Part shown: positions 13,636-24,792 of the stretch, piece by piece
Position numbering within the stretch: position 1 is the stretch's first letter
How the letters are laid out: every line of letters starts with the position of its first letter
Assembly: GCA_036172245.1 (NCBI GenBank)
Contig: JAYWIR010000008.1
Coordinates: forward strand, 248,001 to 312,000
Source: Raillietiella orientalis
Lineage: Eukaryota
Length of the DNA: 64,000 bases
Direction of reading: 5' to 3'
Made by a program: the position numbers and the translations under genes
Notes under the pieces: model-generated
Told to the model about the DNA's origin: nothing
Database searches by the model: none
Seen by the model: the letters and a program-made list of their open reading frames with translations, nothing else

Positions 13636-13689
13636 TCAATATGTACGATAAAACACCTATATTTGATTTTTTTGATCGCTCGAGATTTT

Positions 13690-16650
13690 GAGCCAAATCC
13701 CACCAACACGCGCTGACCAACTCTGCACCGGCGAATTCCCGCTGTCCTTCTGCCTGCCCTCCATGCCTCCTACGCATCCCACGCTTCCATTGCGCGTACC
13801 TGTCAATCCACTGATTCATCTGCTCGCAGCCCTGCTCCCATGGTGTGGCCTGGGTGACGGCTCGTAGAATCCAACGGGATATCTCCATGGGCGAGCGAGC
13901 GCCCCCGGACCAGGCATCGCGAGGACATGGGACGCTCGGCAGTTCCTGGAAACCACCAAAAAGCTGGGACGTGCGACGACCCTACGCGTTTCACGGAACC
14001 TATGAAATGGTTTGAAGTGGGCTGGCATCAACCCTGGCACCCAGGGTAGACCAGCGGATGACCACTGCTCCCCCGAGGCCGAGAAAGCAGCGAACGTCAG
14101 CAAGTTTCCAAGTAATGCCTTAAGGCGAAGAGCTTCGGGAAGAATAATCGCCTTTGGCGACTGCTCGCTTCTTTCCCATCCCATGACAACATCCAACGAC
14201 GCCGGAACCGGAAATCCGGACCTATTACCACCGGATGCCACGTTACGTACACATACGAAAAGGAACCGGTTTCTTTCCGGGGCATTTTTTATAAAAATAA
14301 ACATACAAGTCAATGACAGGACGTTTGGTCCTGTCACGGTCACAATTGTAACCATGGGAACCTGCTGAGATCCGGCGGGCAGGCAGGCGAGGTTCGCCTC
14401 GGCAGCAGAGGGGAAGGGGAAACAAACAAGAAAAAAAATACGTACAAAAAAAATTGGGGGGAGGGGTGTTCGGGAAGCGACCATTGGGTACTGGAGGGCG
14501 TCCTTTGCATCCTCGTGAGGATGCCAGCAATTCCCTGTTTCAAGACTCCCAGATGGAGTCATCTGGACGCTATCCTCATGAATAGAACGGCAAAGTAGAT
14601 GGCGTCCCTATCGTTTTGGCCTCCTCTTGCGTTGCCTCCATGCAGCCACGATCCCACGTAGACAGCGAAGTGCTGCTAAGGATGAGACCGACGTGAGGGC
14701 GTCGCGTAAGAAGAGGCTCTTTAAAACGCCTCTGGGGTTGCCCTCGGGGTTCCGCAGGGATGCGGCAAAGCTTTCCCACAGGAGTGGGAAGGCAATACAA
14801 TCCACGAGCAGGTGCGGGAGGGACTCTCCGTCTCCTCATCTGCTGCAGTTGGGGCTCACCTCTTAATGATGTCAGTGACATTGCACGAGAGGTCCCAACG
14901 CAACAGGAGGATCACCGACTCCTGCCACTCTAGGGGGAGAGTTGCACTGCTCCAGCACGCTGGGAGCCACCCTGTCTCCTCCGGAGGAATTTGTAGCAGC
15001 TCCCCCCAGTGTAGCAGTCCTTTTGGAGGGATATTACAGGTGGCAGCGCCAGCTCGCGACTTGCGCACACTGGTAGAAGTTTAGAGAGCGTGAGCTCCTT
15101 CGCAAAGGAGCTGCGTGGTCTTAACGTGCAAATCCAGGACGAAGGGCGTTTCGCAACCGCTGGCAACCGTCGCCAAATGCGGCTGTTCCAGCACACCACA
15201 CGAGGTCAAAAGGTAGAGCCACCCACAAGGTCACAGAACTTTGGTGCATTCAGAGTAGTTCATGGACAACCTATAAGTGCAGGGAGCTCGAAGTGGACCA
15301 AAATGAACCCCACGAGCTCTGGAAGACCACGTAAAGAAAAGAACCACTCCCCAAGAAGCGATGGGGCAAAGTGGGCGCGGATCAGGCATCCTGCCCTGTC
15401 CTAAGCCAATGACGAGAATGATCTCCTCTTCGATATGGGGAGCGGCTAAGGGGAAACCTTCGTGTTCGCTTTCTTGCGGATGCAGCGCTTGGCAGTCGCC
15501 GTGCCAAGGGTCCTGTTTCAGGAGCAACGCCTTGCAGAAGTGCCGATTGTCATGAGACCGTTCTGCCAAAGTGGCTGCGCCACTCCCACGTGACTCCCAC
15601 TCCCCTGCTCTGGCTGCGGAACCAACCTCCATGTGGCCTTCGCTAGATTGGAAACATTCTGAGAATTTCGTGCTCCCTGGAGTTCAACTGACGTAAGCAG
15701 TTTCGTCCTCCTGTGATGCAGGGATACAAGACACCTTGCTGATGGACGCTGCCCGCGAGAAGCGACGAAGATGACCTGCTCCTCCACACCTCCTGCCGAG
15801 CCCTTGTCCAATTCTGGAAAGCGGTGGAGTGGACGACTCTGACCAAGATGGAAAATCCTTCAGGGACCCCATCGAAGGTCAACGGCCATGCACAGTTCCA
15901 TACCTTTCTTTATCCGAAGCATCCTCATAAGGAGGACAAAGCTCTGGAAGGGAGTGTGTCGCATGCAACAGCTCTAGACGGACTCAGTGAAGAAAGGAAT
16001 GGGAGTCGGAGGGAGGGTGCAGCAAAGTTACAGCCGCTACACTCTTCGGTCACTGAAAGAAGCCAACAGACGCCTAAGTGCAACAGTGAAGACTGTGCCC
16101 CCCTCTCCCCTTTCTTGTGAAACCATGCAAACAGGAGCGATGTCGTATCTTGACCTGTGATCCGAGAAACTCCCGCGCGCACTGTTCTCTGATGTGTCGT
16201 CAAGCGTTGTTTGTTGCTTGGCTCTCGAAATGAATTCACCCCATCGGGGTCAGGCTGGGGCAAGGGTAAATGGTTCCTGGAGGAAACCCGAGAACCTGGG
16301 AGATTCCACTCCCCCAAGAGATGCTGAAGAAGGGGTCTCCTGTATCGGATGGCCTGCCGATGCAGGGGAGGTGGGACCAGTGGAACAAGCATCCGGAGAA
16401 ACCATCTGGAAGACCGATCCGCCTTATCGGGCACTCAGGATGATCTTTTGACCTTGTCTGGAGAGCGGCGGCACTAGTGGGCTGAAAACCGTCGGGACTA
16501 TCTCTGCATGGCGTGTGGAGAGATCAGACCCGACTTCATGTGGTCATCCCGGCCAACGTCATGCCAGGATGAGAAAGCACAAAAGCAGGTGACGAGCTTG
16601 CAGGTGGAAATCGAATCGGAAATCCTAACCTCATTGTTCCAATTGGAAGG
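13690..16650 (-). mobile_element. Decayed LINE (I-group-like: endonuclease, partial RT, RNase H)
   Basis: Frameshifted pieces in the expected order on the minus strand: endonuclease-like segment (about 15900-16200), W..A.W linker, GWLPACW..LPLEWQESVILL (RT start), ILSSTS..WD, TPSGSLETG, RNase H-like LPWVPG. The central RT appears deleted. Confidence 0.55.
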
Positions 16651-18009
16651 ATTTTCTTATACAACGATCTCCCGGTAAGAACCACCATCCTCTTCTAATC
16701 ACGCGCATCGTGATAAGAAAAAGGAATATCCTGGAAGAAAAGACTGTAGCGACCATGAAAATCCTAACGGACCTACCAAGGAAAGGGGAAGGGGCGCGAA
16801 ACCGTGGGAGAATTCCAGCACGGATGCACCGGTGCGTCTTGCAAAAGTTACAAGAGCACTTCCAATCTCAGGGAATTCGTAATGACTTACTATAAAAAAA
16901 GCGTGTGAAAGCCATCTTCCTGGAGCTGTGAAGGAATTGTCATAAGTAATGAACATAGTGTGACGTGTTTATTTATTTATTTATTTTTTTGAAGTCACTT
17001 TCTTGAAATGACAAACATGTTGTGTGTGTAAAGTAGAGACTCGAACAGCGTGACGAAAAAAATGGTGGCACTCCTCGTATGACGGCAACAAAATGGCGAC
17101 GCGCTTCGTATGAGGCGGAGAAACGGGCCTGCGGATGAACTGCAGTTTTGTGGCACACTGTCAGTCCAGCTGTCGTTACTTTAAGTAGGTTGAATTCTAT
17201 TTTATTCAAATATTCGTGAATAAAATGGCACAAGGAGAATAAAACGACATTCTTCAACAATAAGAACGATGAACTGTGGGTTTGCTTAAATTAAATATCA
17301 GCAAACTCGAAAAGCTTTTCTTCACTTCAACTTAAATAATAAATAAAAGATGTTAACTTTTTGTTTCCCTTTGCTTTAAAAATACTTTTTGCTTTGAACG
17401 GTCTACTATTATAAATTTTCAAAATACGTTTCATGTCTTTCGTAACTACTATCCCGTGATCTATATATGATCCACCGGACTCGTTTGAAGCGGATTCGTA
17501 TGACGCGGAACGTATCCCCCGCGTTCTGCGGGGGTCCTGCCCTGTCGAACTGGGGAAAATCGCGACGCGGTACCAAGTCGCTACGCGACGAGCACGCACA
17601 GCTCCCAGCTTCCGACACAGCCTGAGAGGAAACGGGGCGGCAGCGCGCCACGCCCCTTTGTGGAGTCGCAGAGCCTCGCGTCGGTTCTTTTGCCCCTCCC
17701 GCGGAAGGGGGCCGCGAACCCGTTCGCGCGACAGCGGTCGGCCTCCCAACTAATGCTTGCATCCGGAGGTGACTGCGCGCCCCGAGGGGGAGGTCGGGGG
17801 CTGTCGGGATTCTCCCTCGCAGGGCTGCTCGGGGAATGTTGAGAACCCATCCCTTCGGTTCCATCCCTGCCCCGCCATTCCTCTCCCGTCCCGGTAGTGG
17901 AACTTCCCCTCATCCGCGCGCGCCCGGTCGGCTCCACTCCTCGCACGAGGTTTTGGCAGCTTCCCAAATGTGTGTATCTTTCCTCCTCATCATCATCTCT
18001 CACCCCCAT

Positions 18010-18130
18010 GCAACTCGAGGCGACTCGCGCGGCGGTTCTTGAACCATGCTCGTCGCGTCTCAGGGAGCGCACCGTCAGATCCATTGGATGTGCACTCCTC
18101 GGAAGATGGCAGCTCCAGCACCTCTTTCAC
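18010..18130 (-). pseudogene. Homeobox remnant (paired-class helix 3)
   Basis: In-frame LPETRRAWFKNRRASRL (WFKNRRA at 18026-18046), preceded by a frameshifted EVLE..IF..H segment. Confidence 0.35.
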
Positions 18131-18759
18131 TACGGCTTACTCCTATTCTAAAGGAAAACCTCCTTTCCCCATCGTCTCCCTGGATGTCTCCACGCTCTTG
18201 CGCTCGCTGTCTCACTGGTCCTGCGCCACCCCTTCGCTGAAGTCTCAGCTTCGATAGACGATGCTTAACGGGGTGCCTTTCGCAGGCGCTCTCTACTATG
18301 CGACCGCGAACGTTCAAACCTCGAAGGAAACATAAAGAGCGTCACCCGCTTCTTTTCGCACCTGGTTTTCCGGGAAGAATCGTTCGATCCCTCTGGGCGA
18401 TCCCTGAGTCCGCGGTAGGAACTTTCTCTTTAAGGGCAATTCCGAGCTGTAGATCCAGAGAAGGCAAGCAGCCCAGGATGCTGGGAGGACGCGAACAACT
18501 AACCGAAAAGCGGGAGGACTCCAGGCTAGCGCGGAGGAACTGCTTCCTCTGCGCATGCGGGGTTCCCGAATCGGATGCAACAAGGAGCGTCCCAGCAGCG
18601 GCTGGCTGGCTGCTTCGGCCTCCTCACTACCGCTCCCATCCACTCCCGCCTCTCTTCGGCTGCTCGGAGGACGGCCACAAGGCCAAACCGTACCACTCGC
18701 CACCTCCGGAAAAACGGGAGATCCGTTCCGTTCTGCTCATCACGGAGCGGAATGAAACA

Positions 18760-19560
18760 TCCGGGCGCGCGGTGAATCCAAACACCACCGGCCCACTGCG
18801 GATTCGAATGGGCCCGGACTTGCCGTGGGGCTCAGACTGGAAGTCGACGCGGCGGCAGCAGCAGTCTCGGCCCTTCGGGTGCTTCTGGCAAAACGGATAG
18901 CATTCCGAACCCTTTATGCTCCTTCAGGTTTCGCCCCTGGAGTATACCCATGGGGAACGGGAAAAGCGCGCCCGCAATGAGCCTTCGAGAACGCTCGCTG
19001 TTCTTCCTAACGTGTGATTCCCATTACTCAAGCTCGCGTCCAGGCTCCTAGCAACACGCGACACTTTTACTCCTGTACTTCCGGACGCTTGCGGTGAAAG
19101 GCTGACTCATATAGAGTGTTTTCGCGTTTCTTTCCAGAGCGATTCCAGATTCCTCATCACCCGAAAATTCCGAAACGCTCTGGAAGCATCTCATAAGCTC
19201 TTAGCGGAAATCTTGGAGGCGAATCCTCTCTTCGCCCGGATAGCACCCATCTTGAAATCCTCGATCTTGGATCAGATCCGAGGCGACCACTCCTTTGCAG
19301 CTTCGGCATCCTGCGGGACGCAGGCGTCGAGCAGTGGCTTCGAACCGCCAGTGCACGGATTGCACACCACACAACGACGGTGCACTAGTCCCACGGCGGT
19401 GATACTTGGATCCTCTGACAACCTGGGAGCTTGATGGTCGATTGCTCGGCACACCAAGGCTTTGGCGCTCTAGGCGCATCGAGCGATCTCCATTTTTCTC
19501 TCCTGCTTTCGAGTTGGGTTTGTCGTCATCGCACTGGGCAGCAGGCCAGACCATGCTCGA
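18760..19560 (-). pseudogene. Heavily decayed intronless Pax3/7 (paired/gooseberry)-like copy
   Basis: Ordered motifs: NGRPLP-like with two extra T (19536-19555), GGSKP (19335-19349), SKIEDFK (19251-19271), SVS (19171-19179), RVMRNL (19146-19163), octapeptide start KHSI (19110-19121), EPG, frameshifted RKQRRSR homeodomain start (18985-19008). Confidence 0.5.
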
Positions 19561-19754
19561 GGGTGGCCATCCACTTTGGAGACTTTTCGCTAACACGGCT
19601 AACCTCCGTCGCTGCCATGCCGCTGGGTCGCGTGTCCGATAGAAAATGGTCAGCGTCTCTCACAGCAGAGGAAGCAAAAGACAAGAACGAGTCCGGGAGG
19701 ATCGAACTCAGGTATAAGAAGGCGGGTGTGCTAACTTTCTATTTATTGTGCTGT

Positions 19755-22700
19755 CTATTGACTTGAGGTGGACCTTTTATTGTCCATGAAGACGCCTAGA
19801 AAATCTAAGGGGAGGGGAAATATGATGGTGGAGTTCTTCTCTGCGGAGATGGTGTTTAGTGTTTGCAAGTACCGGAGCTGAAAAGCAAAATGTTTGTCTA
19901 CCAGAGGTTCCACCCTCAGGGTACCTGCAAGGCTGCCGCCGACCCCTCCAGAATGACCGCAGCTTCCTTGAGGGCCGTAGATGCCGACTGCTCTCCTTCG
20001 GCAGCGATGACTTTGGCCCTGGCCAGTCTTGCAGCTTCAGCTTCCGCGGCCATCACACGTTGCATCTGCACCGGGAGCCTAACGTCCTTTCTGGAATTCG
20101 ACAGCACAGAGAAACACGCGTCTACCTGGAGACGCGCGGAGAGGGCAGGGAGGGAGCCGCGTAGGTGGGATCCTGCAGAGAGCGGGAGCGCAGCCGGGAG
20201 AGCTGATCGCTTTGGGCGGCACCGACGGGCGCGCGAGGAGGAGGATCCCGGCTTGACGCGAACTCCGGGAGGTCCGAAAGAAGATGAGCGAAGAACCGGG
20301 CAGGGGTGGACCTTAATCTGTTCGTTTGTGTCCGCGAGGGGGGTTGTCTGCTCCCCGTGCCTTTCGCAGGGGGTCTCGGATCAGGTGCGAGGTGCGGCTG
20401 CAAGATCGGGCAACTGCGTGCGGCGTCGACGTAGGTGCGCGTGTGTGTACGGGAGCGGACGTGTGATAACGTACACGTCGGAAAGCGGACAGCCGCAAGC
20501 GAATGCGAGAGCTCTTGGTGTGCTTCTGCTCGCTTGGCGCGAGTGCACATGTGGGTGCATATGTGAAACGTGCATGTCTGTCACGCATACGTAAACGGGC
20601 TGTGGGTTGTGTGTGCGTGTCTGAATAAAAGCCTGCACGGAGGGAGCTCCTATTTGCCTTCACTCCTGTGTGTGTATGTTCGTGTGTGTTTTGCGCGTAC
20701 ACGCCGTGAAAGAGCTTAAAAAAAAAGGAAGAGAAAGCTTACATTTCGACTCTTTCTACCTTCACTCCCCACGGATGGGTGGCGTCGTCTAGCGACGCTT
20801 GCATCGTGAGCGCGGTGCCTTCTCTGTCTCCCAGCACCTCTGCCAACTCTTTGCTCCCCATGATGTTTCTGAGAGTGGTCGCTGCTAACAACTGGGTCGA
20901 AAGACTGATGGAGGAGGAGGCAAGAAACCATTAGGCGTTTGGTCACGGTGCGGTTCGCGTCTCCCCTCGCCCAGAGATCCACAGCTGGAGGAACCTCACC
21001 TATAATCCTGGATGTTTACAACCGCAGCCAGGGGTTTGTGAACCCTGTAGTAGACCACAGCGTCTACTGTCACGGTTACCGAATCTCGTGACAAAATCTG
21101 GAACAGATCACAAGCAGTTTTCCAGCAGCTTCGCTCAAAGGGACGACGTGTCCATTCTTTGCATGCAAGTTAAGGTACCGGAAAATTCCCATTTTTTTTT
21201 ATTCTTTCTTTCTTTCTTACTTGGAAATGGCCGAATGTTATTTCGGGCGTCAATCGGGTGCAGAGTCGCGGCCAAATTAACCCACCGGGTGTTCGAGATT
21301 CAAACGAAAGGTGGCGGAGCCGTCCGTTCTCCCGGTCGCCCACGGCCGCGTCTCGGAGAAAGTGCTCCGCCCCTGCTTAGAGTCTTCGGTTTTCGCTTTT
21401 TTGGCGCACGACCAGCCCTTGCCACTCCATGCAGGGCAGGGACGGCGGGCGAGGGCTCCCGGAACATTCTTCGCGCTGCTCCTTTCGCGGAAGCTGGGAG
21501 CGTCCGCTTCGTTCCCCCTTTGGTCGGCCTTGGAAAGGCAGCGTAGCGGAATCCAGGATCTCTGCACTGGGGCACCCAGCGAGGGGGAGGGGGCGCGGTT
21601 TTTCAAGCGGATCTGTCCGACAGCGCAAAAAGGCACCCTCCGAGGGGGGCGGGCAGCTCGACTTCCTCAGCCCGTGGCGAGCGAGCAGGCGTCACGGTGC
21701 TGCACGCAGTCAGGGGGGGGGGGGAGTTCTTCCATTTGCACGCGCAAGAATCGCAGGCAACTTCGTAAGCGAGTCATTTGCGAGAGTGTTCTTGTTGGAA
21801 GACGAAGCTCTGTGGATGTGTGATTTCGGGCGTGCTGCACCGGAGCGTCCACATCTTAGCGTGTAGTTCTTGTCGCCGAGGAGATAGCGGCAAGAAGCTG
21901 GAACTGGCACGACCAACCTTCTCTTCCCTCCCCCCACGCCCCCCCTTTCGCGAGGCCGCATTGCAGGCGCTCATCCCCGTCTCCGGCGGACAGGGTTTTT
22001 TACGGAGCTCGCCGTCTGGGTTGGGAAACCACTCTCGTTCGCCTCGCGCCAGACTTTCTATGGCACGCGTGCGCGCCTTTTGCGGACTTCGACCCGATCG
22101 CGTCTCGCAGTCACGAAGACACCGCGCGAGCCGGGTCGAGAGACAGCCCTCTCGCGAATGTCACGCTGACTCGTCCGACGGCGGGCCCGCTGAGAGCACA
22201 CGCTTCCCCCCCCCCCTTCCTCGTCCAGCTGTCCCCCAAGGTCAGCCGAGAAACCGTGCTGTGCCTGCTGGTGGCGGTCGTCCACCTTCCTGCCCTCCTC
22301 ATGGGGTCGAGAGCCAAGGGTCCAGCGGAGAGCAGTCCGGATGCGGCGAGAGGGAAAGGCGCGCGGGATATCCGCACTCCTTCCGGCGAGCCGTGAGCTC
22401 TCGGGGAACGCCAAGGCTCCGGAGAGAGGGAGAGAGCTGTTGAGCGCGCCTCATCGGTGCAGGCCCGGTGATGCTTTGCCGACGGGGGCGAGATGGCGTT
22501 GCCTTCGAGCATGGGAATTCAGGTCGGAGATGCCGAAAGCCGTAGGGAATGAGCGCGCTCCCTCGAATCAGAAAAGATCGTTCTGGAAACGGCTCAGCGC
22601 GGCGGTCCCCCGAGAACGTTCCCGGAAATCGGAAGCAATTGTTCGCCCGTCCCTTTGGTCTCCGCGGCGAACATCGAAAAAAGGGAGGGCGGGTGCCGCC

Positions 22701-24757
22701 GCTCTGCGGGTGAAAACTCGAGGCGCCCGTTTCCTCGGTGACGGGACGACCGCCGGTGCGCAACCCTTGGCGAAACTGGAAAACCAATTTCCAGACAGTA
22801 AGCAGATAAAGAAGCTGGTCAGAGCAGTTTGGCCCCGCTTTCGGGAGAGTCCGGGTCGCGAGTGCGCGCCTGGGAGTCGTGGAATGCTGGACAGCAGCTG
22901 GAAGTGCGCGCGAGGAATGTGCGGAAGCCAAGAAGACGCCCTGGAAGGACTCTTGGAAGGACCAGGGAAACGGCCACTCCGAGGTGCAACCACTCCGAGG
23001 ACCCGAATGCACTTGGCGTTCCTCGTCGCAGCACTCTCGATCGGAAGGCGGAGAGCCCAAAACGGACGGCAGCAAAGGAGGCGGCTGAGGACCTACTGAA
23101 GAGGTTGATTGCGGCAAACAGGTTTGTGGCAAAGCTCCCTCGGGAACTCTCCAGCAATTGCTCACGAAAAGCACCCATTCTCAAAGTGAACATTTCGATC
23201 TTCAAGAACACGGAGAAGCGATTTCTAATCCAAAGCAGTAGTGTGGGTGCATTCTAATTTTTTGCACACGTTGCAATCAATTATTAGTGTACGGTGTTGA
23301 GTGGGAGGAATAACCTCCCCACCCAGCCCTCCGATGTACATGCATCAGGGAAAACCCTAAGCCATAACCATTACGTGTTTGGGCTTGCCACTCTGAAACA
23401 CCATTTTTGTATCTGGGTGGAAATGAACTGATGACATGCGAAAGAGCCACGTTGGGTCCCCGTACAGCGCGGGGAATGATGAATCCACATTACACGAGCC
23501 CTATGGGTCATATGCGGATAACAAGATGGCCTTTATACGAGATGAAAGATGCATCCTCAGCGTCATAACAGGAAAGCGTTTACTGTTTCACTCTCAAACA
23601 AAAAGCGTTCACTTATTATTTGACTCGAAGAAAGGCTTCCGGAGCTGTCGTTTTGCACTCGGCTTCGACACGTCCCCAATCCGAGGCCTCGCTGTCGAAA
23701 AAAGTTGGAGCTCGCGAAAATTCCAGTCAAACGGAATCCAACCCGCTTGAGGCTCCCGTTCTCCCCGAAAACAGTTGAACCGACCGTGTACAACACAGCA
23801 AAATCAGAACTCTTCCACGGCGTCGTACGGGAATGGGTGGCACCGTGCAGCGCGGTGCCTCTGGCGGGGGGGGGGTCCAATGCACTTCCGGGGTAACGCT
23901 CATTCGAGTTTCGGGTGGCACTCTTTGGTCCTTTTATTCTCGCTCACGGAACGGGAGGGACGGGGAAAGAACTTGCCAGACTTCGAACTCGAAACCATTC
24001 GATGGTTTTCACGCACGCCCCGAATACGGAATTTCGGGATAGATTTTCATCGTAATCCTCGAAAGGCGGGAAGCTCCAAGCATCCGAAATAGCGAGCTCT
24101 TCGCACAGCGAAATGCAGCCTCCCTGCAGCAAAGAGAGGAAACGAGCAGGGGTGGTGAGAAGGAAGATGAAAAAAGACCGAAGCAAAGGATGGATTTCGG
24201 CGTGGCTTTTCCATGGCGAAAGTGCTTCAGCGGCGGGCTGCACGCATTCGTGGTTTGCGAGTCGCGTGACCCATACGGCCGGGGGGCTAGTGTGCCCTCC
24301 GCGCGTCTTGGACACCCTCACAAAGGCCGGTCGGAGATTCTTTTCCGGGCCCTTGCTCATACCGGTGCACAGGACCCACCGTTTCCGCCCACGCGCGGTT
24401 TCGTCAGGCTTTGCGCTCCAGTTCCTGGAAGAAGGGGGGGGGAGGGGAGAGCTTGCCGGAGGACAGATCCGCGGAAAATTGAACTCTTTCGCGAACGGGA
24501 GCGCCGTGCTCCACGTATTTCAAAACTCCCAGTGACACCATGTAGGCGGAAAAGGAAAATCTGACCTCCTGTGGAGGGACGTCGAAAGCCACGGTTCTCG
24601 TGTCCACTTTGATGTATTTCTCTATACATGGTAATATAAATATCAATCCAGGGCCCTTCGCTCCACCACCTACTATTTTTCCAAGTCGGAATATGATCGC
24701 TCTTTCGTATTCCTGCACAATCTTCGGAAGAGAGATAATGATAAAATTAATGAGGAC

Positions 24758-24792
<35 letters not shown>

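Noticed and set aside
17925..17960. HDV-ribozyme-like CTCCTCGC loop
   Set aside because: No P3/P1 pairing or downstream GG and CNRA elements in the right arrangement
21778..23257. Long ORFs (221-291 aa) as genes
   Set aside because: Better explained as a GC-rich decayed RTE element in an intron
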